From Deltaproteobacteria bacterium (GTDB taxonomy: Bacteria > Desulfobacterota > Binatia > HRBIN30 > CADEER01): a DNA stretch of 64,000 nt. Positions 21,940 to 30,673 of the stretch are shown one piece after another. The notes beneath the pieces are model-generated. The model saw only the letters and a program-made list of their open reading frames with translations, did not search any database and was not told the origin of the DNA. The position numbers were made by a program, and so were the translations under genes. The DNA lies in NCBI GenBank assembly GCA_029262455.1, contig JAJCZJ010000020.1, forward strand, positions 325,078-389,077, in the 5' to 3' direction. Position 1 is the stretch's first letter. Each line of letters opens with the position of its first letter.

Positions 21940-24116
21940 GCACAGGTAGTTCCCCGCAACTCGTCAAGCAGACAAACGTCGATTCCTGGCAGTGGTGGAC
22001 ACTCGTAGGGCTGGGGCTCGGCGCCTTCCTCGCGGTATTCATAGCACTTCGGCTCACGGACCCCACATTGCCTCCAAGCGCGCCGCCGGCCCGCGGTTCC
22101 GACCTCAAGTCCTACTTCCTCCCCTCGATGGTGTTCATTCACCAATCACTGATGGATCTCGAGCTGCCACTCTGGAACCCGTTCCAGCTCGCCGGCTCTC
22201 CGTTCATCGCCAGCCATCACCCCGGCGCCCTCTATCCCCTGCTCGTCGTGTTCGCACCGCTACCTCCACATCTGGCGCTCGCCGCCCACGCACTCCTCCA
22301 CTACGCACTCGCCGGTATATTCACTGCCCTATACGCACGAAAAATCGGCGCCCAGGCCGGTGCTTGCCTCGCTGCCGGAGTTGCCTACATGGGTTGCGCA
22401 CCAATGGTGAACGCCGCCTTCAACACCGCCTATCTGTCGACCTTCATCTGGCTGCCGGCGATTCTGCTGGCCATCGAGCACATGTTTCAGAAACCCGGCC
22501 GCCGGGCAGCCGTGATATTGGCCGCCACACTTTCCCTCAGCTTTCTGGCCGCGCATGCGCAGGCATTCGTTTACTCGGTCGAAGTTGGCGCACTCTACGG
22601 AATCGCACGACTGGCCGCGTCGCAGCCAAGAGCGCAATGGCCACGCATCGCGGGTTGGAGTATCGCTGCCGGATTGATCGCCGCGGGGCTGGTCGCGATC
22701 CAGTTGCTTCCCGCAGTCGAACACGCATCCGCCGGCGGGCGCAATCTCGAAGGCGTCAACTACGGTATCGCTCGTTGGCCTGGTCTCTATTGGCAGCAGG
22801 TCCCTCGAATCCTCTCCGGACTCGACCATCGAGGCACAGGTGTCCCCTTCCTTTTCGTCCCCTTAGCCATCGCGGCAATTTTTTCCCGCTGGCGGACACT
22901 TGCCCTCACGTTCCTCGTAATCTTCTTTCTCTGCATCGATTTCATGGCCGGATCCACCGGATTCGGGTCAAAGTTGTACTACGCTCTTCCCGCCGGAAAT
23001 TTGTTTCGCTTTTCAACCCGAATGGGATTCGCATATCAGCTCGTCGCCGCTGTCATCATGGGCCTCGGCACCAGTGCGGTCATCACGCGATCACAACGAT
23101 GGGGCCCAAAAGCAGCAGGCGCCGTCGGCATCGCACTTCCTGCCCTCCTCGCTCTCGATCTCTTCTGGCGCAATCCCCTGCCCTACCGATTCGACCTGTG
23201 GAGCGACCCGTGGGACGTGAGCGCCGTCAACGCCACCGCCGATCTAGCGAAAACCACCGAATACGACAGACTCTTCATTCAGAATCACGCGTGGGTGACC
23301 GTTCCAACGAAAGTCGGGATGCTGCACAGTGCCTTCGTCGTCCCGGACTATGACCCGCTACTGCCGGGGGCTTACAAGCACATGTTCGGGTCTGGTTCGA
23401 AAGTTGTCTGGCAAGGGCGCCTCGATATGGTCGATCCATGGCCTGGCGAGAGAAAGAAAAACCACAAGCCCCCCGTCCTCCAACCACCCACGCGACTCGA
23501 TCTGCTCAGTGTTCGGTACTACGTCGACGCCCGCACAATCGCGAGGCTAGGTCCTACCAAGCTGGGATCCGTTTTAGACGCCAAACAGATCCGCGAGGGA
23601 CCACCGCCGGTCTACGAACGCACGACTGCGTTGCCGCGTACCTACATCGTCAAGAATGTGATTGCCGTCGCGTCCGAGGACGATGCTCTGAAGCACGTGC
23701 ACGAGCTCGCCTTCGACCCGACCGAAACGGCTATCGTCGTCGGGAACACCACCCTAGACACGCAGCCGCTGACTGCAGACGATCAGGCTCACATCACGTC
23801 GTTCCACCGCAACGACGTATCCATCGAAGCATCCTGCACTTCGGAATGTTTGCTCGTCCTAACCGATCTCTTCGATCCCGATTGGACTGTGCATGTAAAC
23901 GACCAGCCGCACGAAATATTGCGCACGAACTATCTGGTACGTGGCGTCCGCTTGGAAGCGGGTACCCATCGCGTCGATTTCCACTACCGCGCGCGAGAGT
24001 TCTGGAAAGGCGCAATCATCACTCTCGCAGCACTCCTGGTTTCGGCGTACCTGCTGGCAACGGGCGACCCGACTCTCCACCGCCCTGCGACCAACACCGC
24101 TCGCAGTACCGGCTGA
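21936..24116 (+). CDS. YfhO-like polytopic membrane glycosyltransferase, paralog 3
   Basis: GTGA start/stop overlap with the GT2 gene. Same conserved N- and C-terminal blocks as paralogs 1 and 2. Confidence 0.7.
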   Translation: MSTGSSPQLVKQTNVDSWQWWTLVGLGLGAFLAVFIALRLTDPTLPPSAPPARGSDLKSYFLPSMVFIHQSLMDLELPLWNPFQLAGSPFIASHHPGALYPLLVVFAPLPPHLALAAHALLHYALAGIFTALYARKIGAQAGACLAAGVAYMGCAPMVNAAFNTAYLSTFIWLPAILLAIEHMFQKPGRRAAVILAATLSLSFLAAHAQAFVYSVEVGALYGIARLAASQPRAQWPRIAGWSIAAGLIAAGLVAIQLLPAVEHASAGGRNLEGVNYGIARWPGLYWQQVPRILSGLDHRGTGVPFLFVPLAIAAIFSRWRTLALTFLVIFFLCIDFMAGSTGFGSKLYYALPAGNLFRFSTRMGFAYQLVAAVIMGLGTSAVITRSQRWGPKAAGAVGIALPALLALDLFWRNPLPYRFDLWSDPWDVSAVNATADLAKTTEYDRLFIQNHAWVTVPTKVGMLHSAFVVPDYDPLLPGAYKHMFGSGSKVVWQGRLDMVDPWPGERKKNHKPPVLQPPTRLDLLSVRYYVDARTIARLGPTKLGSVLDAKQIREGPPPVYERTTALPRTYIVKNVIAVASEDDALKHVHELAFDPTETAIVVGNTTLDTQPLTADDQAHITSFHRNDVSIEASCTSECLLVLTDLFDPDWTVHVNDQPHEILRTNYLVRGVRLEAGTHRVDFHYRAREFWKGAIITLAALLVSAYLLATGDPTLHRPATNTARSTG

Positions 24117-24157
24117 GCATCGGCTCACCCAACAAACCGGCCCCACACGCCAAGCCT

Positions 24158-24916
24158 TCACAGGATCTCCCAGCCTTCACAATAGAGATCCTGCCAATTT
24201 CGAGGGCCTGCCGGTTTGAACCAAGTGCGTGGGGCGACAGTCGGCCCACCGCCAAGCCAAGCCGCCCACCAGCTATAGGTACTGTTCGCAATGACATGGG
24301 CGTGGCACAGCGCCATCGCGCACATGTCGACATGTGCGTCGTTCCCCGAGACGACGACCTGGCTGTCAAAGTGCCGACGACACCAGTCAGGGTCATCAGA
24401 GAAGACAATCGGGCTGTGACCTTCGAACCTTGCCAACGCTTGCCTGTACCACGACAAAGGCAGATTGGAGTGGATCCGGCTCTTATCCGTGTAATCGCCC
24501 CGACGCACGTGAACCGACACACGTGAAGTGCGAACGCCGGCAAGCACCTCCTCTGCCCGTTCCCGCACTTCGTCGGTGAATGTGAAGTTGCTTCGCACAA
24601 TCTCTTCGCAATGCGCGAAATACTTGGGACTCTGGTAGTAACCCAAGAGATCGAAGTCGCGCCGCTCGCTGAGGCCGAACACCTCCCGCGAGAACGAGAA
24701 GCGAGGCTCGCGAAAGCTTTCTACGGGCGGCGGGACAGATTCGTCGAGAACCGAACCGAGGATGAAACCCCGAGCAAGATCGGACGCCGAGATCGGCGCG
24801 CACGGATCGTGGCCGGTAATGATCGATGCACCCAAGACGGCAGCATATTGAAACATCTGGTTTCCCAAACGCCCCTGAATCCCAATAGAGTTATGTCCGA
24901 GTCTCGCCACGTTCAA
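24158..24916 (-). CDS. GT11 alpha-1,2-fucosyltransferase-like
   Basis: GRLGNQMFQYA, VSVHVRRGDY, IANSTYSWWAAWLG. Confidence 0.8.
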   Translation of the reverse strand: MNVARLGHNSIGIQGRLGNQMFQYAAVLGASIITGHDPCAPISASDLARGFILGSVLDESVPPPVESFREPRFSFSREVFGLSERRDFDLLGYYQSPKYFAHCEEIVRSNFTFTDEVRERAEEVLAGVRTSRVSVHVRRGDYTDKSRIHSNLPLSWYRQALARFEGHSPIVFSDDPDWCRRHFDSQVVVSGNDAHVDMCAMALCHAHVIANSTYSWWAAWLGGGPTVAPRTWFKPAGPRNWQDLYCEGWEIL

Positions 24917-24940
24917 CCATGAGTGAATCAGCGCGGGCGG

Positions 24941-27472
24941 TCAAAGTCCGATCACGTGCGTAATGGCGGGAATGGGCTTCGCCAAGGCCGGCAGGCGGAT
25001 CCCAATGTGGACCGTCGCCAACTCGCCTGTCGTTCCGGGAGCGAAACGCGGCTGCACCTCGACACACTTGCCGTTTCGAATCGGACGCGGCGCCGACGCC
25101 GGCTTCTTGCCGTCGAGGAGGAACTTGACGCCGGCCTCCAACATCGCCTGGCCGCACTTCTTCTTCGAACAACACACCGCAACAAATCCCAAGCGCATCT
25201 GCGGCATCGAGAACGTCAGCCAGCCTGCCTGCTGCGAAGCGCGTGTCACCAGCCCCGCGCACGCTGCGGGGTGCCGGCACTCGGGCATGCTGCGTTCGTT
25301 GTCGGGAATGTAGCGCCCGCCCTCCTCCGCCTTCCATCGTGTCCAACCCGCGTCCGAAGTTTGCGCAAGAGCCCGGTGCGGATTCTTCTCAGCCATCGCA
25401 TCGAGGCGCGCGAAGTGCTGTTCTCCAAACGTCGGCACTTCGTAGTTGGTACACCGCGGCGGTTCAGAAACCGCACACCACTCCGCCGGGCAAGCCAGCG
25501 GCTTGGGCAGGACCGAGGCCGACGGCTGACGGGGACGCTTCGGCCAGCGCACAGTCGGATAAGGCTCAGCAGAAACTCGACCCAACGCCAGGAGCAACGC
25601 GTCCGAAAGTTTGTACGCCAGCGCGTCGGCAGTCGTCTGAAACAGAAGCGGACCGGGATGCCAATTGCGGAACACGACGCCCAACGACTGGCGGCGCCGT
25701 TCAGACACGCCCGCTGCCTCCCCCTCCCGCGTCGTCTCGTGAAGCGTGTCACCAACCACACCCCACTCCTTGCCGGGGTAGCCAACGCTCTTGATGCCAC
25801 GCTCCATACAGAGCACATCCGCGCCAAACGGACCGTAGACATCAAGCAACACCTGGTCCTCGGCCGGCAGACGCGAGCAGTCATGCGTATAAAGAATCTG
25901 CGGCACCGGGCTGCGCTCCATCAGCAGCGACCAGCGATAGAATAGCTCGTGGTAGAGCTGGAGATCTTCCGCGGAGCTGCCGGCCTCGAAATAGGTCCAC
26001 GAGTAGTGCGTCATGTCGACGTCGTCGCCCACCAGCGTGCGCAAACACCAAACCTGGTTATCGAACGAGTCGCCGCAATCCCCACCCTGGCCGGTGTTCC
26101 GCACTTCAAACTCGACGCCGGCGGTATTCCAGACCGGAGCCATCAGGCGTTCGAGCTGGAGCTGGTAAGAATCGTAGTGACAGTTGTCGAAACCCGCGGT
26201 CACCGAGCTTCCGATCGTGCCGATGACGAAGCGGTCTCGCCAAACCAGGGCCCGCGCAAGCTTGTCAGCCAAGAAGTCGATTCCTTGCTGGTAGCGGCGG
26301 TCGTTTGGTTGCAAATACCAAGTCTTACGCAACACATCGGGACCACCGTAATAGTCCTCGAGCATCGAGCGCATCTTCTCCACCTCGGCCCGGATTACGG
26401 CATAGCGGGCGCCCTCTGCGTCGGAATCGCCGGCACCGCCTCCTTGTCGCAGCGAGAGTTTCTCGCGAACTGCCGGAACAGCGATCAGCTCCCGCCAAAA
26501 CGCACGCGCAAAGCGCTCGCCACTGTCGCGATTCAGGTGTGAGCCGTCGCTCGTTGCCAAGTCCGCGACGTCGGGCAAAACGACCGGAACCCCGAGAGCA
26601 TCGCCCAAATGAGGAAGATGGCCGGTCTGGGTTTGCGCGTAGGGAGTGAGAGTCACCACCATGAGAGCACCGCGCGATCTCAGTTCACTCTGGAGTTCTC
26701 GCGCTGCCGGCACCACTCGGTCGTAGTTCCGGTCCTCCCGAGTCCAGCCAACCGCATAACTCGCAGCCGGCTCAACTGCGGGTCGCCACCAACCAGTTCG
26801 CGAAGACCGATAGATGACCCATTGCGAAGCGATCTCATCGCCAAACCAATCCAGCTTCGGCACAATGGTGTGAAGCCAACGCTGCAAGCCCCACCGAGCC
26901 CGGGTCTCGATCCATAGCTTGTGGGCCTGCCACCAAGTCAACTGCATCGCCGCGACCGCACGATCCGACACTCGATCGCCGAAGAAGTGCGGCCCGCCGG
27001 CGACGACCACCACCTTCGGTCGCAGATCATGTCGACGGATCAGCTCCAGGGCAAAACCCAGCCCTTCCGAGTGCCCCATGCCGAGAGAAAAGACTCTTGA
27101 CCCCATCACCTCAGCGGCAGGCACTATACCGTCCTCACGCAGACCGAGCGGCATGCGCGAATTACCGATGAAGAGAACATCGGCCCGGCGCGCGTTTGAA
27201 ACCGAGTCTCCGATGTCGTGAAACAGCGCGACATGACTCAGTTCATCACCAACCGAATACGTGAAGAACGCGTCGTCCCCCGGCACCTCGAACGACGGCA
27301 TCCACTGCATCCGGGCCTGGCGCCCATCGGGCAAGGACAACTTCGGTAAGAGCAATGCCGTCAGCACAAAAGAAGAAAGAAAAAGAAGAACCGCGGATGA
27401 ACGCTGATCAACGCTGATGCGCCGCGGGAAGCCACGGCTGACATCGGACGATCTGCGTTCACCTGCGTTCAT
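24941..27472 (-). CDS. Membrane-anchored protein with two SGNH/GDSL-like domains and a Cys-rich C-terminal domain; probable partner of the adjacent MBOAT
   Basis: ORF 24941..27571 trimmed to ATG 27472 to avoid a 74-nt overlap. TM SSAVLLFLSSFVLTALLLP. Domain 1 has FIGNSR ... DGSHLN, domain 2 has IGTIGSSVTAGFDN ... GQGG. Tail is rich in Cys. Confidence 0.65.
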   Translation of the reverse strand: MNAGERRSSDVSRGFPRRISVDQRSSAVLLFLSSFVLTALLLPKLSLPDGRQARMQWMPSFEVPGDDAFFTYSVGDELSHVALFHDIGDSVSNARRADVLFIGNSRMPLGLREDGIVPAAEVMGSRVFSLGMGHSEGLGFALELIRRHDLRPKVVVVAGGPHFFGDRVSDRAVAAMQLTWWQAHKLWIETRARWGLQRWLHTIVPKLDWFGDEIASQWVIYRSSRTGWWRPAVEPAASYAVGWTREDRNYDRVVPAARELQSELRSRGALMVVTLTPYAQTQTGHLPHLGDALGVPVVLPDVADLATSDGSHLNRDSGERFARAFWRELIAVPAVREKLSLRQGGGAGDSDAEGARYAVIRAEVEKMRSMLEDYYGGPDVLRKTWYLQPNDRRYQQGIDFLADKLARALVWRDRFVIGTIGSSVTAGFDNCHYDSYQLQLERLMAPVWNTAGVEFEVRNTGQGGDCGDSFDNQVWCLRTLVGDDVDMTHYSWTYFEAGSSAEDLQLYHELFYRWSLLMERSPVPQILYTHDCSRLPAEDQVLLDVYGPFGADVLCMERGIKSVGYPGKEWGVVGDTLHETTREGEAAGVSERRRQSLGVVFRNWHPGPLLFQTTADALAYKLSDALLLALGRVSAEPYPTVRWPKRPRQPSASVLPKPLACPAEWCAVSEPPRCTNYEVPTFGEQHFARLDAMAEKNPHRALAQTSDAGWTRWKAEEGGRYIPDNERSMPECRHPAACAGLVTRASQQAGWLTFSMPQMRLGFVAVCCSKKKCGQAMLEAGVKFLLDGKKPASAPRPIRNGKCVEVQPRFAPGTTGELATVHIGIRLPALAKPIPAITHVIGL

Positions 27473-27497
27473 CTGCGGTTCAAATCCCTTGCTCGGC

Positions 27498-28907
27498 TCA
27501 AAACTGGAAGTAAATGAACTGCTGTTCCGTCGTGTACAGCGCAAGGACCGCCGCCAACATGGCACCGGCATAGATCGGCATCTCGAAGCGCTTCATTCCG
27601 AGTCCCGAGCTCCGGATCATTGCGGACCGCAAGTGAAGCGCCACGACCGGAGCGACGAAATACCAACCGAGTACTGTCAGATCGTCTAGGGAGCCAAGCC
27701 CACCACCAACCAACGAGACGATCCCCGCCACTGCATTGCCGACAACTCGCGTGCTCTGCGATAGATCCTCGGCGCGGAACAGGCCCATGCTCAGGATCCA
27801 CGTCACTTGCACGACGAGATACCAGCCCATCGAGGCCAGACGTCCCTGAGGTCCGCGCGAGAAACCCAAGGTCCGCTCGATCGCGAGCGCCAGCCCGTGC
27901 AACGCCCCCCACATCACGAAGGTCCAACTCGCACCATGCCAAAGTCCAGCGATCACCATGACCGCTGTGACGTTCACCAACGTGCGAGCTCGTCCGTGCC
28001 GGTTCCCCCCCAACGGGATGTACAGGTAGTCGCGGAACCAACGCGAGAGCGTGATGTGCCAACGACGCCAGAAATCGCTGAAGGTTGCCGCGATGTAGGG
28101 AGCGTCAAAATTGATCGGCAAGCGAAAGCCAAGCTGATAGGCAAGCCCGCGCGCAATGTCGGTATATCCCGCGAAGTCACAGAACAGCTGGCAGGAGAAA
28201 AAGGCGAGCATCGAGAGAGCCAGCAATCCGCCACCGGTTTCCGACGCGGCGCTCTCCCAATGCGTATCGACGACGCGTCCGAGGTTGTCAGCGACGACGA
28301 CCTTGAGAAACAGGCCGCGAACGATCAGGTAGGCGCCTTCGAAGAAGACTCTACCTCTGAAACCACGGTCGCGTTCCAACTGATAGAGAAAATCCCGCGC
28401 TCGAACGATCGGGCCCGCGACGAGCTGCGGAAAGAAGGCGATATAGCAGGCGAGTCGGACAAAGCTTTTCTCAGCCGGGATGTCGCCGCGGTAAACGTCG
28501 ATCGTGTAGCTCATCGACTGAAACGTATAGAACGAGATCCCAATCGGGAGGACAATCTCCGGATCCACAAACTGCCAAAGGCCCGAGGTCGCAATGTTCT
28601 GCGCCACAAAGCCACCGTACTTGAAGTAGCCGAGCAGCCCCAGATTGAGCAGCAGAGAAAGCGAAAGAATGCCCTTGCGCCGTGCCGTAGCCGACCCTGG
28701 CGCAGCGGCAATCACGCGGGCAGCGAAATAGTCGACACACGTGCTGAAGAGAATGAGGGCGAAGTACTTGGGGACGTGCCAGGAATAAAACGCCCAGCTC
28801 AGCAACAAGAGCCCGAAGACGTACGATCGGTTCGATCGGCGCGTCGCACCGCGCAGCGCCAACGCCAAAAAGAACAGGAACAAGAAAGAGACAGAAAGAA
28901 AGCTCAC
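27498..28907 (-). CDS. MBOAT family O-acyltransferase (AlgI/DltB/PatA-like)
   Basis: 469 aa polytopic protein. FWRRWHITLSRWFRDYLYIPLGGNR with the conserved His. Confidence 0.85.
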   Translation of the reverse strand: MSFLSVSFLFLFFLALALRGATRRSNRSYVFGLLLLSWAFYSWHVPKYFALILFSTCVDYFAARVIAAAPGSATARRKGILSLSLLLNLGLLGYFKYGGFVAQNIATSGLWQFVDPEIVLPIGISFYTFQSMSYTIDVYRGDIPAEKSFVRLACYIAFFPQLVAGPIVRARDFLYQLERDRGFRGRVFFEGAYLIVRGLFLKVVVADNLGRVVDTHWESAASETGGGLLALSMLAFFSCQLFCDFAGYTDIARGLAYQLGFRLPINFDAPYIAATFSDFWRRWHITLSRWFRDYLYIPLGGNRHGRARTLVNVTAVMVIAGLWHGASWTFVMWGALHGLALAIERTLGFSRGPQGRLASMGWYLVVQVTWILSMGLFRAEDLSQSTRVVGNAVAGIVSLVGGGLGSLDDLTVLGWYFVAPVVALHLRSAMIRSSGLGMKRFEMPIYAGAMLAAVLALYTTEQQFIYFQF

Positions 28908-29405
28908 GTTTTCGGCGCCGGATTGAAGTGCGAAAACACATAGCGGCCGGAGAGGCAGATGTCAGCGACCGAGGACATCGGGGGTAGTGGGTCACTTTGA
29001 TCCTGAGCTCGGCGCAACCGGAGCGAAGTTGGGAGGGCACGGCACCGCCGAGCCTTTCCGGGGTGGAGTCTTGTCACAGCTACCACCCGCAGGAGCTATG
29101 CGCGGCTCGGCGGCGCCGCGCCCTCCCGGGACCCGGCTGCTCCCGTCCGCTTCGATCAAACCGACCCACCACCGGACATCGAACGCGGTACGCGTATTCT
29201 CCCTCGAAGGCCCGTTCCAAGGCGGCCTCATTCACACCCCGGTCGTAACGCAGCAAGGAGCCGTCTGCATACGCGCGCTGCGCTGTTTCCGGGTCTATGG
29301 AAATGCCACTCCGTTCCGCATTCATTTCCGTCATTTGCAGTTTCCGACACAAACCAATCCGCCCTCTTGCGGAGCCACCCAGGTCGCGCCAGGATCGCAT
29401 CCCTT

Positions 29406-30590
29406 ATGCCGAAAGAAGAGATCGAGGTCGAGGTTCGGGTTCGGCTGCGCGGAGGGCATTCCTACGATCTCACCCTATCATCCAACTCCGCTCTTCTGCG
29501 CGACTTGATCACGACGCTCGGCGGGTCGAGAAACTCGGTCCAGCCCCGACTCTTCCAGCTACCCCTCGACGGCGGCCAAACCTCCGCAACATTCGCCAGC
29601 GATCAGATATCAGCGATCGACACCCGTCCGCCACTCGACTGGAACACCATCACAACTGGTACGGAAGAGCGGTCCGCAAAAAGCCTCGGCGATGGTCCGC
29701 CTCTCGTCCTACGCGGCGCCCGCAACATTACACGCCAGCCATCCTACGAGGCAGCAGAGCGACGAGCGCGGCGGCTGATGGAACCGTTCGTGGCGCATCG
29801 ACAAGCCCGCCGTGCCGCACTGAAGAGCACTTGCGACGAGCTCGGCGGAAACACCTTCGTCGTCTCCCCCTTCAACCAAGGCTTCGTCCCGCTACTGCGC
29901 AACTGGGCCGCATCCTGTGATCGTTCCGGCATCGACTGCCGCGCCAGGACGGTACTGTTTCCGACCGACAACGGCGCCGACACTGCAGCACGCGAGCTCG
30001 GATTCGCAACCCTCTTCGACGGCGTCTCGTTTGACGGTGCCCCGCGCGACGCTATCAAAGTCTACGGGGACGCCCACTTTGCCGATTGTGTCTTCGCCAA
30101 GCTCGGCGCAGCAATCGACATGCTCGCTCTCGGCTACGACATCCTACTCCAGGATATGGATCTCGTCTGGTTCAAAGACCCGCTCCCCGGACTCAAAACT
30201 CGAGCGATGGCCGACGATCTGGACTTACAGTTCATGCGCGACATGAATCCGCGCTTCCAGCCGCTGTACTACAACTCCGGCTTCGTATTTATGCGCAACA
30301 ACGAATTCACCCGCCAAACCTGGAACACCATCTTCGACGCCTTTGCGGCGGTCGTGTTCTACCGCTCCGATCAAACCGTCGTGAACCAGGTCGTCGACTG
30401 CTACAAAGAGCGAGGATTGCGAGCCGCCCGTCTTCCAGATCGCTACGTAGATGGACAACTGCTGATCCGGGCCCAAACAAAACGCCGGCCTCTACCGCCA
30501 GATTCGATCGTGGCTCACGTCAACTGGACCGGAAACCTTGCCGAGAAGATCGCTCGGCTCAAAGCACTCGAACTGTGGTTCATCGACTGA
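29406..30590 (+). CDS. Unassigned N-terminal ~75-aa domain fused to a GT77/PF03407-like nucleotide-diphospho-sugar transferase
   Basis: ORF 29367..30590, ATG 29406. ILLQDMDLVWFKDPLPGL (DxD) and PLYYNSGFVFMRN are typical of Nucleotid_trans/GT77. N-terminus is described in the findings. Confidence 0.65.
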   Translation: MPKEEIEVEVRVRLRGGHSYDLTLSSNSALLRDLITTLGGSRNSVQPRLFQLPLDGGQTSATFASDQISAIDTRPPLDWNTITTGTEERSAKSLGDGPPLVLRGARNITRQPSYEAAERRARRLMEPFVAHRQARRAALKSTCDELGGNTFVVSPFNQGFVPLLRNWAASCDRSGIDCRARTVLFPTDNGADTAARELGFATLFDGVSFDGAPRDAIKVYGDAHFADCVFAKLGAAIDMLALGYDILLQDMDLVWFKDPLPGLKTRAMADDLDLQFMRDMNPRFQPLYYNSGFVFMRNNEFTRQTWNTIFDAFAAVVFYRSDQTVVNQVVDCYKERGLRAARLPDRYVDGQLLIRAQTKRRPLPPDSIVAHVNWTGNLAEKIARLKALELWFID

Positions 30591-30673
30591 TCGATGCAAA
30601 TCACTTGCCGTGTCACAAGTTTTCCCCTTTTAAGCTTGACAGGAAGTCAGCGAACGTCGAGACTGCCTCCCGG

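Noticed and set aside
24923-26542. Plus-strand ORFs 24923..25945 and 25949..26542, opposite the double-SGNH gene.
   Set aside because: Arg-rich, motif-free shadow ORFs. The minus-strand product has coherent domain motifs.
28992-29231. The minus-strand ORF contains FDVRWWVGLIEADGSS, reminiscent of a LAGLIDADG homing-endonuclease motif.
   Set aside because: The flanking sequence (SRVPGGRGAAEPRIAPAGG...) is Arg/Pro/Gly-rich with none of the expected LAGLIDADG fold pattern. There is no second motif, no intein or intron context, and the ORF is only 79 aa. Most likely chance in GC-rich DNA.
30086-30673. The ORF track starts the disintegrin-like gene at 30086 and the precursor-like gene at 31810.
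   Set aside because: The upstream portions overlap the preceding genes out of frame and translate to Arg-rich sequence. Internal starts (30674 or 30764, and 31963) give sensible N-termini.
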